A stretch of 64,000 nucleotides of DNA from a virus (Duplodnaviria; Caudoviricetes), in the IMG/VR virus record IMGVR_UViG_3300037461_001070, positions 6,721-70,720 of that record, one strand, 5' to 3'. A program made the position numbers and the translations under genes. This document shows, in pieces, positions 55,745 through 64,000 of this stretch (its first letter is position 1; the number at the start of each line of letters is the position of its first letter). The notes below the pieces were generated by a model that saw only the letters and a program-made list of their open reading frames with translations, was not told where the DNA came from and ran no database searches.

Positions 55745-55873
55745 ATGCCTTTTAAATCTAAAGCACAACAACGGTTTATGTTCAAGAAGCATCCGAAAAT
55801 TGCAAAGAGATGGGCGAAAGAAACTAAGAGTTTTAAAAAGCTTCCGGCAAAGGTTAGAAAGAGGAAGAAGTGA
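55745..55873 (+). CDS. Small basic protein (42 aa, MPFKSKAQ motif)
   Basis: Hand-translated; GGAGG SD; motif seen near head genes in many phages. Confidence 0.75.
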   Translation: MPFKSKAQQRFMFKKHPKIAKRWAKETKSFKKLPAKVRKRKK

Positions 55874-56022
55874 TAAAAAGTTCTTGACATAATTCAACAT
55901 AATGCTTATTTTGATTATGTCTTACACTTGCTTGCTCGCGATTTATAATCGGATGTTCCACGATACGGGACTTTCGCCAGCCATGAGCGATATCATGGTC
56001 TTCTTTTAAGACATGAGGTCCG

Positions 56023-57495
56023 TTGGTGGCGAAGAGCGAATACGAAATAATTTTTACACAAAGACATCCGGTCCTGGAATCAAAAGATTCAGCAAAAGAT
56101 TCCATCTGGAAACTTATCTATAATTCCTACATCGGCGGAAAAGAATATAAAGACGCTGAATATCTTATCAAATATCCAAAAGAAAGTCTAAAAAATTTTG
56201 AACAGAGACAGAAAAGAGCTGTTTATTTTAATCAGCTCAGCCCAATTGTTGATATGCTTTCCGGAATGTTATTTTTAAATGAACCTAAAAGAGAAATTCC
56301 GAAAGAGCTTGAGTTTTTCAGAAATACAACTTCACCGAATAAAAAAATAAACGAATTCATGAGAATTTATGCAGCGCACACATTGATGTTTACGTGTGCT
56401 GTACTCATTGACATGCCAAATTTTGATCCGGAAAAGGTTAAGACAAAAAAAGATGTCATAGATCAGAATATATTACCGTATGCTGTTATCTATCTCCCAT
56501 TCAGAATCAGAGATTTTTATATTGGAGAAGATGGAGATTTGGATTGGATTGTTTTAGACAATTCATATTATGAACATCAAGATCCTCTCCAGGAAGGGGT
56601 CGAAGTAAAATTATATAGGCTCTGGACAAGAAATACATATCGTGACTTTAAAATTGTAGAGGGAGTCGCTACCGCTCTCGATGAAGTTAATCATGGCCTG
56701 GGAAGAGTTCCGGTCAGACTTGATAGTTGGAGAGATGACAACAGCGATTTTGTCGGAGAAACTATTTTTGAAGATATAGCCATGATATCGAAGTTGATCT
56801 ATAACAGCATGAGCTATATGGATGAGATGCTGGCTTCTGGAACATTCAAAATGTTATCGTATCCGACAAAAGATGGTGCTCTTCCAGAACAAATTACGGC
56901 AGGAGGTCTCGGACCTTTATCTGCAATTCCTTATGACATGGCATCGACAAATAAACCCGAATTTATTGGAGCTACTCTTGGAGATATCGATTCTTTTGTC
57001 AAGGCCATGCAATTTTATATGACGGAGATCTTAAAGAAAGTTGGACTTTCAACTGACGAAACAAAAGAATTCGTAAAATCTGGGGTAGCAAAAAAAATTG
57101 ATTTCCAGAAAATGAGGGCGTTGCTTGTTTCTGGAGCTCAAGCAATGGGAAGAGCTGAAGAATGGATGTTCGAAACAGCATCGCTTTGGATAAAAAGAAA
57201 AGATAAGGTTTCGTCAAAATATACTTCTGATTATTCAAGCGAAGAATTATATTCTGAAGTTCAAATGCTAAACGAAATGATGGTTTATCCAGTATCAATT
57301 TTAAGACAAAATATTCTTCAGGTGTTGGTAAAAAAATTATTGTCTAATAATTTATCTTCTGAGACAATAGAAGAAATAAACAAGGCAATAGTTAAAGATA
57401 TAAAATCATCTGATTCCGTACAAAAGGTCGATCCAAAAATTGCTGCGGAAACTATAAAAGCGAAGCAAGTACAAAACAAACAACAAGAGGTGTAA
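56023..57495 (+). CDS. Portal protein
   Basis: 490 aa after terL; HGLGRVPV, ESGVAK-like KSGVAKKIDF. Confidence 0.9.
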   Translation: MVAKSEYEIIFTQRHPVLESKDSAKDSIWKLIYNSYIGGKEYKDAEYLIKYPKESLKNFEQRQKRAVYFNQLSPIVDMLSGMLFLNEPKREIPKELEFFRNTTSPNKKINEFMRIYAAHTLMFTCAVLIDMPNFDPEKVKTKKDVIDQNILPYAVIYLPFRIRDFYIGEDGDLDWIVLDNSYYEHQDPLQEGVEVKLYRLWTRNTYRDFKIVEGVATALDEVNHGLGRVPVRLDSWRDDNSDFVGETIFEDIAMISKLIYNSMSYMDEMLASGTFKMLSYPTKDGALPEQITAGGLGPLSAIPYDMASTNKPEFIGATLGDIDSFVKAMQFYMTEILKKVGLSTDETKEFVKSGVAKKIDFQKMRALLVSGAQAMGRAEEWMFETASLWIKRKDKVSSKYTSDYSSEELYSEVQMLNEMMVYPVSILRQNILQVLVKKLLSNNLSSETIEEINKAIVKDIKSSDSVQKVDPKIAAETIKAKQVQNKQQEV

Positions 57496-57499
57496 AGAC

Positions 57500-58324
57500 A
57501 TGTATTTATTTTTAAAACAAATTCAGAATCAATATCTGGTGCGATTTCTTGGACCAGATGATGGCGGAGCCGGTGGAGATGATGGTGTTAAGCTCAGTGG
57601 AGATGATGGTGTTAAGCTCAGTGGAAAATTCATAGAAAAAACCGATCCTGTTTCCGGGAAGAAAGTAAAGATCCCTGTCGAATATGATTCTGTTCTTGGT
57701 CATTTTATTTCAAAGACAAGAGAAGAAACGGAACGAAGATTTAAACCTATGCTTGAAGCTCTTGAAAGCGAGAAAGCAGACCTTTCCGGAATAAAAGCTG
57801 AATATGAAAAATTGAAAGAAGCTTCTATGACAGCCGAAGAACGTGCTCAAAATAATGCGAAGAAAGTCATAGATGAACACGAGAAGAAACGCAAAGTTGC
57901 TGAGGACGAACGTGATCGTTTCAAAAATTTATTTTTTAGTTCAACGATACGGAATGAGATCCTCTCTTCTTTTGGAGACATAAAATTATGCAATCCTGAA
58001 CAGGTTGCTATTTTGTTTGAGACTGAAGGTGGTGCTCGGCCAGAAGAACTTGTTGATTCAGAGGGGAAACCAACAAATAGGTGGGGCGCAAAAGTCAAGC
58101 TCATGCTTGAAGATGATAAGGGAAACCCTGAAGAAGTCGAGGGATCTCCGAAAGAATTATTTAAGCGTTGGATAGGACTGGAGAGAAATGCTCACCATGT
58201 CCAAAACAATATAATTCCTGGAGGCGGAAGCCGACAGGGGACACATACAAAGGGGAAGACTGATTTCAGTAAACTTCCTCCAAAAGAAAGAATTGATGCG
58301 GCAAGGCAAGCGCAAAAGAATTAA
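57500..58324 (+). CDS. Capsid scaffolding protein
   Basis: Charged coiled coil, GGGS C-terminal linker, precedes MCP. Confidence 0.8.
   Translation: MYLFLKQIQNQYLVRFLGPDDGGAGGDDGVKLSGDDGVKLSGKFIEKTDPVSGKKVKIPVEYDSVLGHFISKTREETERRFKPMLEALESEKADLSGIKAEYEKLKEASMTAEERAQNNAKKVIDEHEKKRKVAEDERDRFKNLFFSSTIRNEILSSFGDIKLCNPEQVAILFETEGGARPEELVDSEGKPTNRWGAKVKLMLEDDKGNPEEVEGSPKELFKRWIGLERNAHHVQNNIIPGGGSRQGTHTKGKTDFSKLPPKERIDAARQAQKN
57573..57620 (+). repeat. Exact 24-bp tandem duplication in the scaffold gene
   Basis: GTGGAGATGATGGTGTTAAGCTCA x2 (GDDGVKLS). Confidence 0.9.
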
Positions 58325-58363
58325 AAAAGAAAGACAATGCCAAATTCAAGGAGGAAATTGTAA

Positions 58364-59290
58364 ATGGCACTGACATTAGTAGAAGCCGCGAAACTTTATG
58401 CAGGAGATCCTCTTCGTTCAGCAATTATAGAGCTGTACGCAAGGAATTCCGATATACTGCGTGTTCTTCCCTTCGAAGATATTGCGGGGAATGCAATGCG
58501 GTATAACAGAGAACAGACTCTTCCGGGAATCGGTTTCCGGGGAGTGAACGAAGCTTACACTGAAAGCACTGGTATTCTGAATCCTATCACTGAACCTCTC
58601 GTCATCGCTGGCGGGGATCTTGATGTCGATAAATTTATTATCGATACGATGGGATCTAACCAAAGGTCTACCCATGAAGCTATGAAAGTGAAAGCGTTGG
58701 CCCTGAACTGGACACTGAAGTTCATTAAGGGTGACCAAGCAAGTGAGCCCAGGGAATTTGATGGGCTGCAAGTGCGTTGTACTGGAAATCAGGTGATCAA
58801 TGCCGGAACGACTTCCGGTGGTGATGCTCTGAGTCTGGCAAAACTTGATGAACTCATCGATGCTGTTGATGATCCCATGTATTTGGTCATGAACAAAACC
58901 ATGCGTAGACGCCTCAGCCAAGCCGCAAGGAATTATACTATTGGCGGATTCGTTACGTATACTCTTGATGAATTCGGTCGTCAGGTAACAAGGTATAATG
59001 ATATTCCTATTCTTATCGCTGACGAAGATAACGAAGGGAATCAAATACTTCCGTTTACTGAAGTTGCTTATACCGGTAGCTCGGTTTGTACTTCCATCTA
59101 TTGCGTAAGTCTTGGTGATGGAAAACTCATGGGAATTCAAAACGGAGCAATGGATGTCCGTGACATGGGTGAACTTCAGACAAAACCGTGTATGCGAACC
59201 AGGGTTGAATGGTACAATGGCATAGCCGTGTATCATGGTAAAGCTGCTGCTCGTCTCCGGTACATCAAAGATGCCGCTGTAGTGGTATAA
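58364..59290 (+). CDS. Major capsid protein (HK97 fold)
   Basis: MALTLVEAAKL, GFRGVNEAY, GGDLDVDKF, EFDGL, RTRVEWY. Confidence 0.95.
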   Translation: MALTLVEAAKLYAGDPLRSAIIELYARNSDILRVLPFEDIAGNAMRYNREQTLPGIGFRGVNEAYTESTGILNPITEPLVIAGGDLDVDKFIIDTMGSNQRSTHEAMKVKALALNWTLKFIKGDQASEPREFDGLQVRCTGNQVINAGTTSGGDALSLAKLDELIDAVDDPMYLVMNKTMRRRLSQAARNYTIGGFVTYTLDEFGRQVTRYNDIPILIADEDNEGNQILPFTEVAYTGSSVCTSIYCVSLGDGKLMGIQNGAMDVRDMGELQTKPCMRTRVEWYNGIAVYHGKAAARLRYIKDAAVVV

Positions 59291-59301
59291 GGAGGAACAC
59301 A

Positions 59302-59733
59302 ATGTCCGGAATAGCAAAGACTTTTGATTATAATCTTCTTCTGGATGATGGTGGTTCTATCACTTCATCTGAAGCTGGAGAAATTGGTGGTGTAGCCAAG
59401 ATCATCGATCTTGGTGCAGGAAAAGTAGAAGGTGATATTATTGTTGATGTCACTGCTCTTGATGTTGATAGTGGCAACGAACTCGTTACTCTTGGTGTAC
59501 AAATCAGTAGCAGCGCAACATTCGCTTCTGATTATTATCAGGTTGCATCACTTCAAATTGGTGATGCTGCTGCTCTTGTTGGTGATGTTGACATGACAAC
59601 GGGCCGTTACGTGATTCCGTTCAATAACATGATAGGTGATGGTGTAACCAAACGCTATCTTCGTATGTATTGGACCATAGCCGGAACCGTTGCTGGATTT
59701 GCTGCAACCGCTTATCTTGCGAAAAAAGGATAA
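59302..59733 (+). CDS. Capsid cement/decoration protein (Bbp16-like)
   Basis: IIDLG...KRYLRMYWTIAG jelly-roll pattern. Confidence 0.75.
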   Translation: MSGIAKTFDYNLLLDDGGSITSSEAGEIGGVAKIIDLGAGKVEGDIIVDVTALDVDSGNELVTLGVQISSSATFASDYYQVASLQIGDAAALVGDVDMTTGRYVIPFNNMIGDGVTKRYLRMYWTIAGTVAGFAATAYLAKKG

Positions 59734-59748
59734 AAGGACGGTAATAAG

Positions 59749-60972
59749 ATGGCTGGAGTATCAAAGACTTATGATCCAGATCTTCTTCTCAAAGATGACG
59801 GTGCAGTAACAGCCTCGGCAGCAGCTCAAGTTGATTCTTCAGATAAGATACTTGATCTTGGTAGTGGACTTGTTGAAGGCGACATCATAATTGATGTATC
59901 GGCTTGCGAACTTGATACTCAGGACGAAAAGTATGTTATCAGTGCTCAAATCAGCAACAGCGATGATTTTAGTGAAGATAATTATGAGATGATGGCAGTT
60001 CCTTTAGGATCTGCTGGTGTCAATCTTTTCACGGAGATTGATCTTATCTCTGGTTATACGTCTCACAAAGAAACTCCTGTTGCTGGTGTGAATGCTATTT
60101 CTGGTTATGCAACAATAGGAAATTCAGCCGGAACTCTTGATTATCCGAGTGCAACAGTACCGGGTATTACGAGTGCTACTTATGATCTTGATATCACTAT
60201 CGATGGTGGATCAAATCTTCAACTAGCAATTGCATTGCTTGATACTGATACGTGGGCTCAGATAGCTGGTAAAATTCAAGTAGCTTTAAGAGCTGCTGAT
60301 GGAGCAAAACTCCATACCGTTGCTATCAATGGTAATTTTATCAGAGTCACTTCTGTGTCAACAGGAACTTCTTCAACGGTTCTGATAGCTGCGGGTACTG
60401 CTGGATCTGGTGGAGGTGATCTTCTTACGGCTATTGATGCCATATCAGGATATACCCCGACTCTTCCAACTCCTGTTGCGGGAATAAATGCAACTGCTGG
60501 ATATGCTGAGATTTCAAACTCTGGTTCTCTTGGTGCTTTTACTGGAGCTACTGTTCCGGGAATAAGGACAAGAGATTATAATGTTGACATCACTATTGAT
60601 GGTGGATCAGCACTTAAACTTGTTGTCGCTCTTACGGAGCTGATGACGTGGACACAGATTTGTGCGGCTATTCAGGTTGCATTAAGGGCTGCTGATAGCG
60701 GGAATTTACACACTGTTGCTATCGTCGGAAATAACATCAGAGTAACTTCTGTGTCAACAGGAGCTTCTTCTGCTGTTCTGGTTGCAAATGGTACATTTGG
60801 AGCTGGAGGCTTGATCTTCGGGGATGTTGATCTTGGGGTTGGCAGATATATTATTCCTTTTAACAATATTGCTCTTAACGGAGAAATAAAACGTTATCTG
60901 AGATTATATCATACGATAACGGGTACGGTAACGACAGGGATAAACTATACTGCTTATCTTGCGAAACGATAA
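59749..60972 (+). CDS. Bbp16-like cement paralogue with a large tandem-domain insertion
   Basis: Same N- and C-termini as 59302-59733; two internal copies of PVAG...DITIDGG...QVALRAAD...IRVTSVSTG. Confidence 0.75.
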   Translation: MAGVSKTYDPDLLLKDDGAVTASAAAQVDSSDKILDLGSGLVEGDIIIDVSACELDTQDEKYVISAQISNSDDFSEDNYEMMAVPLGSAGVNLFTEIDLISGYTSHKETPVAGVNAISGYATIGNSAGTLDYPSATVPGITSATYDLDITIDGGSNLQLAIALLDTDTWAQIAGKIQVALRAADGAKLHTVAINGNFIRVTSVSTGTSSTVLIAAGTAGSGGGDLLTAIDAISGYTPTLPTPVAGINATAGYAEISNSGSLGAFTGATVPGIRTRDYNVDITIDGGSALKLVVALTELMTWTQICAAIQVALRAADSGNLHTVAIVGNNIRVTSVSTGASSAVLVANGTFGAGGLIFGDVDLGVGRYIIPFNNIALNGEIKRYLRLYHTITGTVTTGINYTAYLAKR

Positions 60973-60990
60973 TAATTTTTGATTGAGGTT

Positions 60991-61017
60991 AGTCCGTAGA
61001 TTTTCTACGGACTTTCC
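60991..61017 (+). terminator. Candidate terminator
   Basis: AGTCCGTAG/CTACGGACT stem, short U tract. Confidence 0.5.
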
Positions 61018-61046
61018 TGAATTAAAAAACAAGGAGCAGAATTTAT

Positions 61047-61352
61047 ATGGATCAGCAAAGGATAAAATTTAAGAGGAATGAATCAGGGAATATTATTCTT
61101 TTCGATCAAAAAGGAGAAGAAGTTCTTTTTCATTTTCCTATTGATGCAACTGAAGCCCTGGGAAGTCTTGATGAAAGTAAAAGGCCGAGGTATTTTGTTT
61201 CGAATCCACTGAAACAAAAAGCAGAGCCGAAAGAAGACAATGAAATAGTAAAACAAGACGAAGATCGTGAAGCCAGGAGAGCGGCTCGCGAAAAATTAAA
61301 AGAAGAAAAAAAGAAATCTAAAAAAGAAGAATCGGAAGAAGAACAAGAGTAA
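61047..61352 (+). CDS. Hypothetical head-region protein with charged tail
   Basis: 101 aa; AGGAG SD. Confidence 0.6.
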   Translation: MDQQRIKFKRNESGNIILFDQKGEEVLFHFPIDATEALGSLDESKRPRYFVSNPLKQKAEPKEDNEIVKQDEDREARRAAREKLKEEKKKSKKEESEEEQE

Positions 61353-61356
61353 ATAA

Positions 61357-61872
61357 ATGCTTAGTTCAACATATACAATTGAGGACATAAAAGCAAAATT
61401 AAGCAATGATTATGCTTATTATGGATATTCTGAAGAAACTCTTTTTGATGATGACATCGAATCAATTTGTGATGATGTTTATCGTCTTTATTTTCTTCCG
61501 AACCTCGGCTCATCTGAATATTCAAGAATTCAGGCGAAAGATAGATCGTCTCTTACCGTTTTTGAAACATATTTATATTGGGCCGAGGTTTTCATTACAT
61601 GTTTTGAGTTTTTGAAAGAACGGGGAGCGATATCTGGCCAATTACAAAACTCAGGAGATGAGACCCTTACTGTTGAAGGATATACTCATAGAATAGGAGG
61701 AGGGTCTGGAGCCGGATCAAGCCAAGGCGATAATTCTGTTGCTCGTTATTATGGTCGAGCATATAAATATTTTAAACTTGCTGGAATCGATATAGCATCG
61801 ATACAGAGAACATGTTCTATTTTTGAAAAATCTGACAATGATGATGATGTTGTCCTGGACATAATAGAATAA
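61357..61872 (+). CDS. Head-tail adaptor-like protein
   Basis: Position; SGDETLTVEGY...YYGRAY. Confidence 0.55.
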   Translation: MLSSTYTIEDIKAKLSNDYAYYGYSEETLFDDDIESICDDVYRLYFLPNLGSSEYSRIQAKDRSSLTVFETYLYWAEVFITCFEFLKERGAISGQLQNSGDETLTVEGYTHRIGGGSGAGSSQGDNSVARYYGRAYKYFKLAGIDIASIQRTCSIFEKSDNDDDVVLDIIE

Positions 61873-62901
61873 ATGATACCAGAACAAAACATAAATTTAA
61901 AATTAAATCCGTATATGTTCGATAAATATCTTCTTGAAGATGAAGATATTGCGCTTCTTGTTGATATGATAGAAAACGGAAACGAGCCTGATGCTTTGGA
62001 TATATTCACGAACGCTCATGTAATATTACCAAGCCAAGAATATCAGGATATGATGACTAGATATCTTGGATATTCTGACGGTGGTCCTATTTCGAGATCA
62101 GATCAAAGCAGACTCATAAGAAATATCGCCGTTCTTACCGTTGGGTTTTCTGCTCTTCTCATCAAGAATTTTAAAACTTATATCAATGACATATATTCTC
62201 CTTCTGTATTTAAAGTTGCCGGACTCAAAGATTCTGATATTAAGAAAGCTATTCTGAATCAAGTTATTTCTGAATACGAACAATTTATTGGCGGATCGAT
62301 GTCTCAGACTGAAAACTTCATCGTTGGAAGCATCAGAACTCTTCAAAGAGAAATGATTACTGAAAATGTGATGATAAAAAAGTTGAATTTGTCTGGAGAA
62401 AATCTTAACCTAGAAATTACTCGCTTTAAAGAATCGTTGAGATCAAAATATCCAGAGATTTATAAAGGTATTGAAGACGGACAAATTCTTGTCGTGAGAA
62501 AAGTTGGATTAGAAGGCGAAACCGTTCGTCATTATAAACTTGATTATTATACTGATATGACAACAAGAACAACTTTATTGAATATTGACAGAACATCGAA
62601 TGAAACAATGGCGAGAGTTAATAGTGAACGTGTCGTAGAATATTATTTAAGTGATCCAAGATCTGTGAAAAAAGACAGAGAAATATGCCAGGATATTTTA
62701 AATACGAAGATACTTGGGAAGAGTCTTCTGGCTCTTGATGATATAGCAGCATCAGCACTGAACATCTTGACTATCGATGAAGCAAAAGAATCTCCTGATT
62801 ATGCGATGGGACCGTATTGCAGACACACCTTCAGAAGACTTCTTCCTGAGTTTTTAAAGTTGATTGATTCGATGATAGAAACTGCAATGCAAGGAGCGTG
62901 A
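61873..62901 (+). CDS. Minor capsid / head morphogenesis protein
   Basis: YYTDMTTRT...EICQ...PYCRH pattern. Confidence 0.55.
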   Translation: MIPEQNINLKLNPYMFDKYLLEDEDIALLVDMIENGNEPDALDIFTNAHVILPSQEYQDMMTRYLGYSDGGPISRSDQSRLIRNIAVLTVGFSALLIKNFKTYINDIYSPSVFKVAGLKDSDIKKAILNQVISEYEQFIGGSMSQTENFIVGSIRTLQREMITENVMIKKLNLSGENLNLEITRFKESLRSKYPEIYKGIEDGQILVVRKVGLEGETVRHYKLDYYTDMTTRTTLLNIDRTSNETMARVNSERVVEYYLSDPRSVKKDREICQDILNTKILGKSLLALDDIAASALNILTIDEAKESPDYAMGPYCRHTFRRLLPEFLKLIDSMIETAMQGA

Positions 62902-62902
62902 C

Positions 62903-63307
62903 ATGGCAATAATAGACACTGCTATGACTCCTTCCGCTCTTGCCAGGGCGAGACTACATGTATATAATGTTTGTTCTACTGGATCTCCAATTATTTTAAT
63001 AAAACCAGGAACAAAAGATTCTTTTGGGACAATCCTTACTGAATCAACTTTAACGTTAAAAGCTTTTCCGATCAGATATAATCCTTATGACAGGGATGTT
63101 ACTCAAAAAATTGCTTGGGCAGAAAATACAGATGTTTTGTGTTATACTTCAAAAAAGGAACTCGATCTTTTGAATGTAACAATAGAACAAGCCAGAAGAT
63201 ATAAGTTTGTAAGAGTTGGAAGCAAACAATATAATCTCAGATATGTTGAGTTATACAGTAAATTTGCAGATGATTTTCTTTATGTTATTATTGGCGGGAA
63301 GGTATGA
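62903..63307 (+). CDS. Head closure / stopper-like protein
   Basis: Position and beta-strand pattern. Confidence 0.5.
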   Translation: MAIIDTAMTPSALARARLHVYNVCSTGSPIILIKPGTKDSFGTILTESTLTLKAFPIRYNPYDRDVTQKIAWAENTDVLCYTSKKELDLLNVTIEQARRYKFVRVGSKQYNLRYVELYSKFADDFLYVIIGGKV

Positions 63308-63912
63308 ATCTGGGTGTTGCAGTAGATCAAGATGGTTTTGATACTCTTTGTCGAGAACTTAAAAAACTTGGTCATGTCATTGCTTCTCCGAACATGCAAT
63401 TATATAGAGCAAATAAATTCAGAAAATTTACCATTGAAAATGTTCAGAGTGGTAATCTCGGTCTTCTTCCTATAAGTGGAGCCACAAAAATAATAGCGGG
63501 AAGTCATGAGCCGGAATGGAGAACAGGAAATCTTCTTGAAGGCATGAAAGTAAAGCCAGCAGGAAGAAATGCTGCTGATGTAGGTTATTTCGAAGACTCA
63601 TCTCTTATTCCTGGGAAAAATATAACATATACAAGAGCGGCTATTCTTCAACATACAGGGTACAGGATTCCTTTGACCGGAGAAAAAGGAGAACGGGTCC
63701 GGGCCTGGCTTGCAGCAAAAGGTGTCTTTAGCAAAGATTACCATGATTTTGCTGGCGGAGTGAAATCTTCTGATAAATGGATAATTGTTCCTCCTCGTCC
63801 TTTCATGATAAAATCAATGGATTTATATGAGAGCACAGGAGAAGATATAAAGGCTGTTGATGAATTTTTGAATAAAATGATAAATAGTCCGATAATGAAA
63901 GAGGAAGACTAA
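63304..63912 (+). CDS. Neck / tail completion (virion morphogenesis) protein
   Basis: RTGNLLEGM, AAILQHTG, VPPRPFM. Confidence 0.65.
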   Translation: MNLGVAVDQDGFDTLCRELKKLGHVIASPNMQLYRANKFRKFTIENVQSGNLGLLPISGATKIIAGSHEPEWRTGNLLEGMKVKPAGRNAADVGYFEDSSLIPGKNITYTRAAILQHTGYRIPLTGEKGERVRAWLAAKGVFSKDYHDFAGGVKSSDKWIIVPPRPFMIKSMDLYESTGEDIKAVDEFLNKMINSPIMKEED

Positions 63913-64000
63913 TTGTTTTTTGAATTTGAAAATCAGGTTTGGACTCCAAGTGACGCTTCTGTTGTTGTGACAAACAATACAGATACTAGCATTGATGGAT
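63913..64000 (+). CDS. 5' end of the next structural gene (truncated)
   Basis: TTG start right after stop; open to window end. Confidence 0.45.
   Translation, partial: MFFEFENQVWTPSDASVVVTNNTDTSIDG

Noticed and set aside
58418-59317. 299-aa antisense ORF over the major capsid gene
   Set aside because: Mirror frame of a conserved gene with no motifs or SD
1-64000. Stop-codon reassignment
   Set aside because: Core genes (MCP, portal, TerL, DnaE) are full length under the standard bacterial code with dense packing

Overview
This window is most of an AT-rich tailed-phage genome with a contractile (myovirus-type) tail, apparently circularly permuted. Layout: (1) 1-15.5 kb, plus strand: end of a probable tape-measure gene, baseplate module, two paralogous tail fibres with six-bladed Kelch-like tips, accessory tail proteins and a lysis cassette with an L,D-transpeptidase-like endolysin. 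(2) 15.5-44.1 kb, minus strand: replication/recombination arm with a split Rad50/SbcC, Mre11/SbcD, RNase H, RuvC, RecA/UvsX, gp32-like SSB, UvsY-like protein, a DnaE polymerase carrying two inteins and a C-terminal uracil-DNA glycosylase, DnaB-like helicase, an initiator with internal iterons, primase and SNF2 helicase. (3) 39.7-40.25 kb: an ORF-free, GC-enriched unit with its own promoter and terminator that folds into several domains, including two degenerate tRNA-like cloverleaves; candidate large ncRNA. (4) 44.1-50.2 kb, minus strand: an early operon in which almost every gene has the same structure-conserved hairpin leader and an AAAAAGGGGTT ribosome-binding site. (5) 50.9-64 kb, plus strand: small genes, terminase, portal, scaffold, major capsid, two Bbp16-like cement paralogues and head-completion genes. 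No RT/DGR, CRISPR array, integrase or canonical tRNA was found. All calls come from motif recognition and hand pairing; no searches or folding programs were run, and the host is unknown.
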